A DNA stretch of 64,000 nt from Ylistrum balloti (taxonomy: Eukaryota), in assembly GCF_031769215.1 (NCBI RefSeq), contig NW_026782241.1, positions 930,001 to 994,000 on the forward strand, written 5' to 3'. Below the pieces are notes generated by a model that saw only the letters and a program-made list of their open reading frames with translations, did not search any database and was not told where the DNA came from. Below, one piece after another: positions 33,401-45,000 of this stretch (the first letter of the stretch is position 1; each line of letters starts with the position of its first letter). Position numbers and translations under genes: made by a program.

Positions 33401-33712
33401 TGATATATAAAAGTCTATTGTACGTTAGAATAATTTGGACTATAGTTAATTCAGATGAATTAAGAACACTAGAAACATAGGTCAGATTTTAAGCACTAAC
33501 TTATGGTCAACACAATGAATACAAAAAAATATCTTACTATTTGTGTCATTACCATCTATTCCTTTCCCTTCCCTCTGTGAATTGAAATTGACATCTGATT
33601 TGACAGCCTTTGAACCTGCAGAAGATTCTGGGTTGACATTTGATCTCGACCTTGTGTGCATGCGTTGAGGTGGGAACACTTTGTGTCTGGTTTGTGACTG
33701 GCCTGTGCTCAT
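24070..33712 (-). CDS. Multi-C2H2 zinc-finger protein, ~940 aa, 7 coding exons: join(33712-33553, 32108-30772, 29867-29700, 29025-28839, 28719-28270, 27225-27093, 24457-24070)
   Basis: 10 CxxC..HxxxH(C) fingers (2 N-terminal, 7 clustered, 1 C-terminal) with TGNRPY/KEKPY-type linkers. Splice phases chain correctly (2823 nt) and one finger is completed across the 27093/24457 junction. Start codon and any 5' exon are uncertain. Confidence 0.85.
24655..26635. repeat. 46-bp minisatellite (GAAACATTAGTGTACCTGAAGGGAGAACTATAGTTTATCTATAGAG), ~40 copies, in last ZF intron
   Basis: Highly regular periodicity with degenerate units at both ends. Confidence 0.97.
26901..27080. mobile_element. ~180-bp MITE with degenerate TA-CAGT terminal inverted repeats
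   Basis: Left end TACACTGAACCTC; right end reverse complement TGCAGTCAAACCTT. Confidence 0.45.
27093..27225 (-). CDS. ZF gene exon: 1.5 C2H2 fingers
   Basis: ttttcag acceptor, gtaaaa donor. Confidence 0.92.
28064..28220 (+). mobile_element. tRNA-headed SINE with a V-domain-like core, antisense to the ZF gene
   Basis: A-box TGGCTTAGTGGTAAGG, B-box-like GGTTTGATTTCC, then GGGTTTCCCTGGGTACTCCTGTTTCC, resembling the conserved GGGTTTCCTCCGGGTGCTCCGGTTTCC block I recall from V-SINEs (HE1/DANA type). Confidence 0.65.
28270..28719 (-). CDS. ZF gene exon: 4 C2H2 fingers
   Basis: cctgtag acceptor, gtaagt donor; CDKC, CKLC, CSVC and CSMC fingers. Confidence 0.93.
28839..29025 (-). CDS. ZF gene exon with 9-aa (27-bp) repeats VT(T/S)P(L/V)E(C/H)V
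   Basis: gatttcag acceptor, gtaaga donor. Confidence 0.78.
29700..29867 (-). CDS. ZF gene exon (VLGLVSGLVKFCPDL...RAYSMIE), possible degenerate KH-like fold
   Basis: ttatttcag acceptor, gtgagt donor, 168 nt phase 0-0. Confidence 0.8.
30772..32108 (-). CDS. ZF gene exon: 2 C2H2 fingers, long linker, 13-aa repeats
   Basis: tttgtgtag acceptor, gtaagt donor; CDNC..HQVTH and CGKC..HLQTH. Confidence 0.9.
30951..31262 (-). repeat. Coding 39-bp x 8 repeat (13 aa, AIPSVTNGHTVST) in ZF exon 2
   Basis: Visible in DNA and protein. Confidence 0.93.
32581..33393. mobile_element. ~810-bp non-autonomous DNA element with ~53-bp terminal inverted repeats, in ZF intron 1
   Basis: Left arm GTCAATGTATGTCAGAACTCCAGCCCTGTATACAGTGAGGGAAATAAGTGACC; right arm (33340-33393) reverse complement GACAATGAACATCAGAACTCTGGCCCTCTACAAAGTGAGGGGAATTAAGCGACC. 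Confidence 0.7.
33553..33712 (-). CDS. ZF gene first coding exon (MSTGQSQTRHK...GKGID)
   Basis: ttttatag acceptor at 33732, AAGATG context, gtaatg donor; phase 1 fits next exon. Confidence 0.6.
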
Positions 33713-35029
33713 CTTGTTGGAGTTCACATACCTATAAAACAAAGAGGCCCTGACAAAGTTGGGTGTTCCTCACGAGTGTCCTGGGAGAAATGAATGTCTT
33801 GTGAGTGTCCTGGGACATATTTGGCGCCCAGCAGTTCACCAATCAAGATTTTAAAATAATTGTATTCGTATTATATACTTTATATCAATGTCTAGCAGCA
33901 AGCAAAAATCATTGGGATTGACCGGACCAGTAAGTTTTGAAATATACCATTGATGTTGTTGCGGAGCGTGCACAAGTAACACTGAACTACCACGTAGGAG
34001 TGAGTGCCCGGCATTTCGTTGAGATTTTTTAAAATTATTCTTTCCTGTGTTATAAGCAACTTGATACATATGTCTAACAACATGCAAAAAATAATTCTGA
34101 TTGACAACCGATTGAAATACACCGTTGAAGTTGACAGGGAGCGTGTACAATTTAACACTATACTGAACTTTGACAGGGTTGCAACAGAGGGGCAAACATA
34201 CGGTTTAAAGAAAGAGGCATCGATTCAGTTTCATCAAATCAAAGAGGCCTTGATCAGATTTAAGCAAAGAGTCTCTGATAATGTTTTAAAAGGAATATAA
34301 TTCAGTGTATTTGGGTATATTTTCGTACAAAGTCAAGCACTCTCGAAGGTGGTCAGCATCCAAAGTACCGGAAAGGTGAGTCCGGGGAAATAATCCAAGG
34401 AGTTCCGAATGAAATGTCACATAAAAAATCCACATTTTTTTCCAATTACAAAGTGTTATCGATATTTCGGAGGAAAAACGAGACTGATATTGTTAATATT
34501 CACATATTTCTATAGCTGTTTAACTTTGAAATGTAGAAGGGAATTCAACAGATGAGTTGATTCAGAATAAGGAAGAAGGGGGGGGTGTAGACTGAAGTGA
34601 CGCAAACAAAAACTTAAATTGAGCTCTACATAAGCTGCCAATTAGCATGTCTCCTATATATACATCCATCACAAACAATTTCTATCAGCTAACTTACACT
34701 GCAACAGCGTAACAAGCCAGCAAGTCAATCGTGTTTCTCAATATCGATGCATGTAGCGAGTGTCAGCTGAACACGCTCAATCGCGCGTTTGATAAACAAC
34801 CACACCAGCGCCCTCTGTGGAGTAGTACGATAGGTACTTACCAATGACACGATTACAACACCACGATCCCTGAACAAATCACTGATCATTGACCTATGCG
34901 CGGGAGGCAAGTCTATTTTACGTGGCTTGTCCAAATTAAGACACAACCATTGCAGCTCAGAAGGGCATGTTCTTCAGCTTCCGAGAACTACAAACTGCCC
35001 AGATCAAACGGATCGTGTATGTCCAATGT

Positions 35030-35945
35030 ATGTACAAAATTTGATAAACACAATCTATCGACTTACTGCCCTATTTCTGTGACCACTTTATTAGCAGTGA
35101 AATCATACACCACTTAGAAACAAGCAACATTCTCTACAACCTCCAACATGACTTCCGGTTTTCTAGATCCTTTGGAACACAGTTATTTCCCTGCATTCAG
35201 GATTGATCATATTCTTATCATTACTACCAACAAACAGATCTATATCATCATTTTAGACTTTACTAAACCTTTCGAAAGAGTTTCCACACATCTTCATATT
35301 CTGAACTTTTATGGTATCCAAAAGAATACACTAAGCCGGATTTCATTTTCCCTCTGAAACATAACTCAATCGGTTGTATTAAATGTTGGATCTTTATCCA
35401 CAGTTCCTGCAACATGAGGCATTCCTGAAGGAACGGTCATCGGGCCAATTCTCCTAATCAATATATATTAAAGAGCTTTCTAAATATACGACAGTAAGTA
35501 ATCTCCGCATATTTGCTGATTATACCATTATTTACAAAACTATGAGATCACAGGAAGATGTTCAATAACTATTGTCTGATCTCGCATCCGGATAACTGGG
35601 AAAAGAACTGTCTGTTAAGTTTCCTAGCAGGACGTAAAAGCTGCATGATGCAGTTTAATTCATTGTTTGACTCTAGTGTATTTAACACTAAATGTTCAAA
35701 AGTGCTTTTAATGTTTGTGTCTTTTGTACAATCATACACTCAGACGAATGTACTATCCTAAAGTTTCTAAACTGGCGACAGAGCGAATCTTCATCCATCT
35801 ATCAGCTTCATGGCAATATCCAAGAAAGTGCAGATTCGTAAAATATGTAACCTGGAATGTGACAATCAATTAAATTCTATAAGTGCTAAGGCCAGTCAAG
35901 CATTAGGTTTTCTACGAAATGTTAAGGTCAGTTCTCATAAAATAT
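35030..35945 (+). mobile_element. Decayed non-LTR retrotransposon (CR1/L2-like LINE) reverse transcriptase fragment
   Basis: Interrupted frames give YCPISVT, IILDFTKPFERV, QSVVLNVG, GIPEGTVIGPILL, LRIFADYTIIYK and KASQALGFLRN: degenerate RT domains with stops and frameshifts. Confidence 0.85.
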
Positions 35946-35967
35946 ATACATATGAAAACAAACAAAC

Positions 35968-37015
35968 AAACAAGGGGCCCACGGGCCTTAATGGTCATCT
36001 GATTATAAAGGCCTATATATGAAAGAAGTCAATTAGGCTTAGAATAGATTAATCAACTACACTACAGCTTACAAAGAAAGCAATGGTAGGTTCATAAAAA
36101 CATTTTCTGCAAACTTACATGTTACTACACTTGTGGCATTACTCCCGACTTACTGCTTGCTGAAAAAGAAATTGGAATGTCTCATCTCATTTGACCAAAA
36201 ATACCTTGAATGTAGACGAAGGTCAATTATTTTGATAAATTTGGTAGATCTTTATACACTTTTGTTAAAGAACCAATATCAACAGCATAGACAAAATTGG
36301 CAACCCTTCATCCCTACATATCATAGGCCCAATATCAGTACCCCTAAGCCTTTTGGTTATTGAGAAGAAGTCGTATAAAGATTTTTAAATTAGAGAAGGT
36401 TAATAATATGAACAAACTTGGTAGCCCTTTACACCAGCATGCTGCTGGCCGAATATTAACACTATAATTATTGAGAATAAGTTGTTTAAAGATTTTGGAC
36501 ATGTGTCCCCATTACCTTGAATGTAGATCAAGGTCATTCATTTTAACAAACTTGAGAAGCCCTTCGTCCCAGCACCCTTGGTTCGCGAAACAACGTCGTT
36601 TAAACTTTACATTACATTTCACACTTGTGACCTTGAAAAACGGTCAGGGTCATTCATTTTAACCAACCCATTAACCTTTCATCGGAACATGCTACAGGCC
36701 CAATATCAGCATCAGAGATCTTTTGGTTATGGAAAGAAGTCATTTGACCCTGGTGACCCTGAAAACGAGTCAAGTTCATTCATTTTCACAAATTTTGTAG
36801 GGCTTTTGCCTTTTGCTCAGGCTCTTTTGCAGTCCAAAGAGAAGAACCCTGGGCGTTTTAGTTTTTGAGAAGTCGTTTAAAGATTTGAACACACTTGACC
36901 CCAGTGACATTGTAAAAGGTTCAGGGTAATTCATTTTAACAAAAATAAGAAAAATGTAACTTTTGGTTATTGAGGAGTCGTTTTATTGGAAAGCTGACGC
37001 ACGGCGCACCTAAAA
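35968..37015 (+). mobile_element. Non-autonomous Helentron/HINE-like element with internal tandem sub-repeats
   Basis: Starts AACAAGGGGCCCACGGGCC (palindromic); 4-5 diverged internal units (GGCCCAATATCAG..., TTTTGGTTATTGAGAAGAAGTCG..., TCATTTT...AAATTTGGTAG); ends GACGCACGGCGCAC. Family assignment is by resemblance to bivalve satellite-carrying Helentrons. Confidence 0.5.
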
Positions 37016-37474
37016 ATAAACTGAAAAAGACCTAGCAAACAAAACATTGCCAACAAAACCTTAATATTGTCCATCTAGATGGGACCCCAATTGAACCAAA
37101 ATAAGAAAGTCCAACATCTTTCTGCAAGATTCGTTTGTAACAGATACAAAACACCAGTTCTGTAACTGAAATAATCAGGGCATTACACTGGCCTCTCATT
37201 CAGTTACACAGAAAAAACCCACTTCAGACTGGTGATGTTTTACAGAGTCCTAAATCATCTTGTTGTAATATATCTTACAGATCTCCTAATTCTAGCAGAC
37301 GTGAAAACCAGATCTTTCCAGCATATGATATATACTCGTCAATCTCATGTTATTATTTTGAAGAAGACTGCAATGTGAAACGCTCTTCTAACTTAACTGC
37401 TGTGTCTCTCCTTGGTCATCAACAGACGACATTAACATTCGGTATAGCGATAGCTACAAATGATGTTGTTGTTA

Positions 37475-37575
37475 CCGTTGTTGTTATAGATACCAGTGTT
37501 TCCGTTGTTATAGATACCGGTGTTTCCGTTGTTGTTATAGATACCAGTGTTTCCGTTGTTGTACTTGTTTCCGTT
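37475..37575. repeat. 24/27-bp repeat (GTTGTTATAGATACCAGTGTTTCC), Thr-rich on - strand
   Basis: 3-4 copies whose length variants differ by 3 nt. Confidence 0.8.
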
Positions 37576-38132
37576 ATTGATATAAATATTGTCGTTGGTT
37601 TGTTGATGAGCACCCCATCTTTTTTGGTTAAGACACTGTTTTAAAATTTGTATGTATTGGATTCAATACTATATCTATTATTTGATATTATTAAATCAGA
37701 TTTCTGTTCTGGTTAAGATTACTTAAAAAGAAATTGCGTAACCGAGGTCATCACGCTTTCAACAAACATGAATTGTTTTTAAACATTATTATGACACCAT
37801 ATGAATCCGGTTTTTGATAATATCCGAGTAAGCGAAGGTGAATAATTCAGCAAAACGACCGACTGTTTTATGGAACAGCGTTTCTATATTCTGTATCCGT
37901 GAGTCATAAGTAAGGCTTCTGTAGAGAAATATATCATTATATCTTATGTGTTTTAATCATTTACACACAACAATATTTACCAATACTGTGTATCATATAC
38001 AAAACATAGAACACACGATCTAAAACGCCACATTAATTTTTCAGCAATACATATTGTATTTTTTGTTTTTTTTTTTTGTAATTATTTTTTTTATTTTCCA
38101 ATACATCGTAGACAATCATACATCATAATCAC

Positions 38133-38297
38133 NNNNNNNNNNNNNNNNNNNNNNNNNNNNNNNNNNNNNNNNNNNNNNNNNNNNNNNNNNNNNNNNNNNN
38201 NNNNNNNNNNNNNNNNNNNNNNNNNNNNNNNNNNNNNNNNNNNNNNNNNNNNNNNNNNNNNNNNNNNNNNNNNNNNNNNNNNNNNNNNNNNNNNNNN
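38133..38297. other. Assembly gap (165 N)
   Basis: Run of N. Confidence 1.
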
Positions 38298-38537
38298 CAT
38301 CAAAATGATCATCAATATCATCAGATTTGCAGTTAAGTGTTTTTTTGTGTGTATGACTCAATATAACCACTGTAATTTCTATACAATGTACATACCACGT
38401 AAGTTCCGCTATCTACAATGTATCACAGGACACAAACACAATCACACATACACCATATCATACACGTGCACGCACACACACACTGTAAACACACCAACGC
38501 TCAAGTATATGCATGTATTTAAATATTCTAAGGGGAA

Positions 38538-38542
<5 letters not shown>

Positions 38543-38616
<74 letters not shown>
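38543..38616 (+). repeat. (AG)n microsatellite
   Basis: About 37 AG units. Confidence 0.98.
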
Positions 38617-38618
<2 letters not shown>

Positions 38619-39045
38619 GACCTGAACAAGAGACACACAGCTTTGTATTTGAAGAATAATAGACAGAAGAAGCATCAATACATTTTTTTAATAAAAGAAT
38701 ACTTTTTTAAAGTGGACAAAAATTGTAGGCAAATAAGGTCAGTGTAATAGCTTGTAAAGACCCTGACCTCATTTGCCAACATGATATTGTAGAACGATAT
38801 CTAACGCCAGAAGGTGGACGGACAGGTATGATGATGACAATAAAATCTGTGCGCTATTGATTACATACTCATATCTGCTTTTTTTAAACGGAAACAGGTG
38901 TTCGAGAGATGTAATATATTCTATTTAGAGTTTAGCTGTGGAAAACGGGATCTAAGGGAAAGTTTATATATACATATGTATTGTCTTTGTAGTTTGGTTA
39001 CTCAAATGATTTGTAATCTGAAGAGATGTAAACATATACCATGGA

Positions 39046-39237
39046 ACTATTTCTTTATCCATAGAAATATATCTTTATCCATAGAACTATATCTTTATCC
39101 ATAGAACTATTTCTTTATCCATAGAAATATATCTTTATCCATAGAACTATTTCTTTATCCATAGAAATACATCTTTATCCATAGAACTTTTTCTTTATCC
39201 ATAGAAATATATCTTTATCCATAAAACTATCTCTTGA
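39046..39237 (+). repeat. 20-bp minisatellite (CTATTTCTTTATCCATAGAA), ~9-10 copies
   Basis: Direct periodicity; only a single unit at the paralogous position ~40143. Confidence 0.9.
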
Positions 39238-41599
39238 TCCAAAGACCTATTCTCTTGTTGTAATTAACGGATGTCATCAGAAGGAACACAGATTTACTGG
39301 CAAACATCAGTTAGAAATACAATGTATGTCTACATAGGTGTTTGATTCAAATCTAATATCAAATGTTAAAAACAAATTTTGTCGTTGCTTTTGCTGATAG
39401 GCACCCCATCTTTTTTTTAATAAGTCACTGTTTAAAATTTGTATGTATTGGATTCAATACTTTATCTAATTTTGAATATTTTGAAATTAGATTTCTGTTC
39501 TTGTTAAAATAACTTTAAAATAAATTGAGAAACAGAGGTCATCGGGCTTTAAAAAACATGAATTGTTTTTAAACCTTATTGTAACACTATATGAATTCGG
39601 TTTCCAATATCCCAGTAAGAGAAGGTAAAGAATTCATCAAAACGACCGACTCTTTTCTGTAACAGTGTTTCTATATACTGTAACCGTGAGTCATAGTAAG
39701 GCTTCTGTAGAGAAATATATCATCATATCATATGTTTTTATAATCATTTACATACAACAATATTTACCATTACTGTGTATCATATACAAAACATGAAAAA
39801 CGATCTAAAACGCCACATTAACTTTTCAGCTCAACAACATGATATTGTAGATATATCTAACGCCAGAAGGTGGACGGACAGGTATGATGACGACAATAAA
39901 ATCTGTGCGCTATTGATTACGTACTCATATCTGCTTTTTTTAAACGGAAACAGGTGTTCGAGAGTTGCAATATATTCTATTTAGAGTTTAGCTGTGAAAA
40001 ACAGGATCTAAGGGAAAGTTTATATATACATATGTATTGTCTTTGTAGTTTGGTTACTTAAATCATTTGTAATCTGAGGCGATGTAAACATATACCATGA
40101 AACTTATACCTATACCATGGAACATATACATATACCATGGAACTATTTCTTTATCCGTATCATGTGAGTTTGATCAAGATTTTGTTGTCATGTTGGTATT
40201 TTTTTGTTTGTGTTGATAGTCTGTCTGTGATATGATTTGATCACAATTCTCGATAATTTCATTTCGCAATCTGACATGTTTACAGTGCCTTTGTCCTTCA
40301 CCGTATCAAGTTGTGATGGACAGACATTTCTGGATGTGCATATGTCACATGTTGTACGACGAGCACGATACATTGCAACCATGTTTCCTCGTTCACATTT
40401 TTTGCTTTTCATCTTCAACTTTATCTCAATTAATGGATGCTCTCCTGACGAGTGCTAGCTAATTTTCATTTTGAAACTGTTTTCAGAAACCGTCCCCATA
40501 CGGAAAACCAGAATGATTGAATTCCGTTTTGCAAAAGCTTTTTGATTTTAAGCGATGATTAATGAATAGTTAAGGATGGTATCCTAACTGGTAGTGTATA
40601 ACAGACTTGATAAAATGATATCGGATATCATCAGATGAATCAAACGTGATAAAACAGGCCATGAATGCTATATCACCTGGACCCACTCGGCTTACAGAAC
40701 ACGGAAAACTTGATCATTAGGTCATGCAGATTCTGTTGTGTGTAAGAGATTTGATGATGAGGTAACTTAGCGCTGTAAGAATGAGGTATGTTGGCTCTGC
40801 AAAATATTAGAGTTCATTTATGGCATCATGTAGACCTCTGGAATTTGTAGGATCCCACTAAATAACGGATCCCTACAAGCATGTTGAATGCGATATGCTT
40901 TGTTTTCTGTATAGCGAGGTCCCGGTACCTCTGCAGGTAGGGTGTAAGAATTGCACCAGCTGTCCACATTGTATAATAGTAAGAGGCGACTAAGTTTGGA
41001 ATCTGATATTTTCTTACTATTTCCTGATGTCTCACTTGACACTGCCTCACTTTTGGTCTTTAGTTCAGCGTTCGACCCTGTCAGGAAGGTTTTGGGTTAT
41101 GTATACCTGACAAGTTTAGAGTTTTTTGAAAACCGTATTTTCTACTCCCCGCTAAACGTTCAGCATTGTGGTAGTGTTATGACTGGTCTTCGATGTTGTT
41201 CTGTGGGTCTGCAGTATATGTTAGTAACGTAGTACTACAAAGTCAACTTGGTTCGAACTATGACATCGTGTGGTACGTAGCTCCTTAACTTAATATATCC
41301 ACTCATCTTGCATACATAGAAAGTCTGTCCTGAAGCGACCATTGTTGTTGCCAGGCCGTTAAACAATGCTGAACCTAAAGTACAACACGTGATCAGTAGG
41401 GCAGTATGAACTTGATTACTAAGGTCACTGGTCCTGAAATATACACTGTTACATATCAGTGTGGATTTTAGGTTATCTCACAAGCTGAACACCCGGATAC
41501 AGATGAATTTGTTGACACATATCACCGTTACTGTGTCCCTAAACTCAAGTTCACCTACCTATCATTGAACAAGAGATTGCTACAGAGAATACGAGTTTG

Positions 41600-41672
41600 T
41601 TTCAGTAGACTGTGTGGTGTACATCATTATCTAGTGGTGAAACACTGTTTTACACATACCTCAGAAATATTT
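41600..41672 (+). other. Possible non-coding 5' exon of the MFS gene (left boundary unknown)
   Basis: GTAAGT donor at 41673; matching cttttgtag acceptor 4 nt before the ATG at 41874. Confidence 0.4.
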
Positions 41673-41873
41673 GTAAGTTCTTATTTTCATTATATATTTG
41701 GTAAATCAAGAACTTGCTAGACGAAAGAAGAATAATTGTTGGAGTTACCAGGTAGCGTACCCAAAGGCACCCCTTGGTAAAATCATATTGAGATTTAATT
41801 ATTGCCAAGAAATAATGTTAACTGGTAAAATGTGTAGTCTTAATTGGTAAGCTTTTCCCTCTTTTGTAGCACC

Positions 41874-42024
41874 ATGGCTCTCGAGAACGGACGTACGAAA
41901 ATGATACCCCGGATTTTAACGCTCTGTGTGGGATGTCTCGGTATGATAACAGCCGGATCAATTTATTCATTTGGAGCGTACAATGTTGCTGTCAAAAAGC
42001 ATTTCAATTACACCCAATCAGAAG
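41874..42024 (+). CDS. MFS transporter exon 1
   Basis: CACCATGG Kozak context, gtatgc donor. Confidence 0.88.
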
Positions 42025-45000
42025 GTATGCAATGGTAAAATTGATAATTATTGGGACAATTATTATTAACAATGTGCAACACGTTCTAATAAATTAAATG
42101 ACTGGATTTTTCTACAATACGACTTTTCCCGACTGCGAACTGAAGAATTCAAATTAAAATTACAAGCCAAAATATCAAAAAATGTTTGCTAAATATTCTG
42201 AGATTTTACACACAGAAATCTGAAAAAGTGCATAATGAGGTGAATATATTATTGTTTATTGGTGCGATATGTTACATTTATCAGTAACTTTGTGTAACCC
42301 AATGTGTTATCTTAGTGAGATATTTCTTGTCCTCTATATCTATATTCGTAATGTCACGGTGTACACATACATATCTGTTTATCAGTATTATCGCTTTCAG
42401 AAATGAACTCTCTGTAAAATTTAGAAATATTTGTACCCTACACGCCCACCCCCCCCCCCCCCCCCCCCCTGCCGCATTGATGGAATGGTGGGACGATAAC
42501 TTAAACAAAAAAGGGCCGGTGAAAATGCTTGTTTCAAATAATTACGTGAACAGTTATACATATATATCGCAAATGCATGTTATCTAAGATTAAAAATTCT
42601 GAAGTAGGCGTTAAAAATAATGTAGTGTTCGCACAACATATTTGTATTTATAAAGTGATATCATTATTTATTACATATGTCAAAACATTTCCACGTTCTG
42701 ATTTGACATCATGTGCAAGTCGATATAATTGTGTATCCTGGTAAATTCTAACCGCAATATACCGCTAGGCTAGAGAGAACTTCTCTTCAGCTTGATCGGT
42801 TGAGCGTAAGACTAGTAAGCCAGGGGCCCCGGGTTCGAAACCTAGTGGTGGCAATGGCATAAACAATAACCTCTGTAACATTTGTTGCCCATATAGGGAC
42901 CCTAAAAAAGTACTTATCCATACCCCACCAACATCGCTGTAACCCCTGAAAACTCGAGGGCGTGTTGTTTCCTGGAGGAGGAGTAACCGTGGTAAATACT
43001 GGCCGCATTCTATCGCACGGCTTGAGAGAACTTCTCTTTAGCTCGATCGGTTCAGCGTAAGACTCGTGTACAATGTTAAGATAAGATTTTCATGAATATA
43101 TTCAAGACAAATATCAATATCGGAACACATGCAAAATGCTAAATTCAAATTGGTTAATTTAATTAAAATAAAAATTAAAAACTTTTTATTTCTGTTATTA
43201 TGATGTTATACTGATTTGGTTAAAAAATATCGCACTCTATATCGATGTAATCTGATAATTTTTAGGACAGATGTGGAGGGACCGTAGTAATTTCGCGTCA
43301 TTATTCGAATTGGTGATAAATTTGGTCACTCGGAAAGGATAAGAATTACTCTATTTATCTTTTTCCTATGAAAGTGGACCAAAAAGCAAAAATATAGTTT
43401 TTATGAATTATTTTTTAGTTGAAATAATATCCTCCATGAGCAACTTCGGAATATCCTTTGGTATGCCTGCTGGGTTAATGTGCGAGCGTCTGGGAGCTCG
43501 TTGGACATCCTTTACAGCTCTTCTGCTGTCATGTTTTGGTTTCATGCTTCTATGGAGCACCACAGAGATGAAAGATTACTACGCACACACCGCGCCACTA
43601 CAATATGTCTACTTCTTCCTGGCGGGTAATTGAAATATAGTTCCCTTAAAGCCACAAAACATTATAAAATCGTTATATCAGTCATGTTTGATTTTGCACT
43701 ATCAAAATAGATGAAATATTTGTTATCACACGGAAAAATATGACAACAACACGAATTAGTAGAAATAAAGTAAGGGGTTGATTAGATACCAAGTACTTGA
43801 TAAAGTACATTTATATGACAGTGGAGACGACTGTTTATTAACGGAACCCGACCGAACGTCGGGAACGGATATATGAAAAAATATTTCATGTCAACGTGCA
43901 GGTTAACCTTTATATAACAATACTGTTAATATATGAAAACGTATATATCGCTGGATTTAACCATATCCTCTAAATACTTCTGTAAAAAGGTACATTACAT
44001 ATTCCAAACCTGCTGTTTTCCTATGTGCTGAAATGTTAGATTTCCTTTGGGTTAAATAGATAATCAGCTGATGTTAGCTGTGAATTTTTATGCCTGCTAG
44101 TACGTTAGCCAAATGATAGTACACAAATTACATAGCATTGAACAAATTGGTCACAAATCCCTTGGTATGGAAAAATTGCTATAATGGAAATTCAACAATT
44201 TTTTTTTTAACAGGTTTCGGAGCCATTTTTTTATACATGGCGAGCTTGATAACCAACATCAACAATTTCCATCCAAAACACAGAGGGAAGGTGATAGGAA
44301 TTCTTGACGCAACGTTTAGTGGGGGACCAGCACTTTTTGCCTTCCTTTTTGGAGAATGTTTCGTCCGTGGTCACGTTAAGGACGAACAGAATCAGGACCT
44401 ACGAGGGTTTTATTTGATGAGTGCTGTATGTTTCGCAGCCGTCGGTGTATTGGGTATCATTGGACTAAAATCGTATAAAACTGACATAAGTGAATCGGAT
44501 CTAAACACTCTGGTATCTAGTACAAGTATTAACACGCCACAGCAACCGAGGGACATAACCGGGTTTGAGCTGATAAAACGGACAGATTTCCAATTTCTGT
44601 TTTGGTCCTATTTATTCTGCGCGGGGCTTCAGCTTATGTTTCAGAATAATATAGGCGTATATCTAAAATCGTATGACCTTGAGGACTATACGACACTGTT
44701 CACCACAGTTAACCCTATAGCAGGAGTGGTATGTAAGTTTATTGTGGGATATATTTCTGATGTCGTAGTAGAAAAGATACCTCGGGTTGGACTCCTGCTA
44801 TTTTTCAACATCATACAAACCATTATTCTGACTCTTTGTATATTTATTCGGATAAACTTGCCATGTTGTTTGTCGCTCTTGTTGGAATTGGTTTCGCCAA
44901 CGGCGCCCTCTGGTGTTTAACACCTGCAATGGTCAGTGAATTTTTCGGGCTTAGATATTTTGGACGTAACTGGGGAAGTATTATATTCGGCAACGCATTC

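Larger units (their letters stand above)
37600..40157. repeat. Local tandem duplication: 37600-38046 plus 38775-39065 versus 39390-40157
   Basis: Colinear, roughly 90% identical blocks by eye; the first copy carries ~730 bp extra, including the N gap and the (GA)n. Confidence 0.85.

Noticed and set aside
33820-34500. Overlapping ORFs 33851-34300, a TGGCGCCC PBS-like motif and an ATG|GTATAT possible first exon ending at 33948
   Set aside because: No recognisable domain or LTR; the ATG exon would be out of frame with the ZF reading frame. Probably promoter/5' UTR sequence, which I cannot resolve.
38091-38678. ORFs crossing the N gap and the (AG)n run; also 55869-56204
   Set aside because: Artefacts of unknown bases and dinucleotide microsatellites.
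40680-41400. CpG-richer stretch with several 70-90 aa ORFs, possible decayed retroelement
   Set aside because: No diagnostic RT, endonuclease or integrase motif could be read; needs a translated database search.
42449-42469. C21 homopolymer (poly-G on -; poly-Pro/Gly ORFs)
   Set aside because: Simple intronic homopolymer with no supporting context.
42781-42855. tRNA-Thr(AGT) gene
   Set aside because: A/B boxes and loop are present, but acceptor and anticodon stems do not pair; treated as part of the TRIM LTR.
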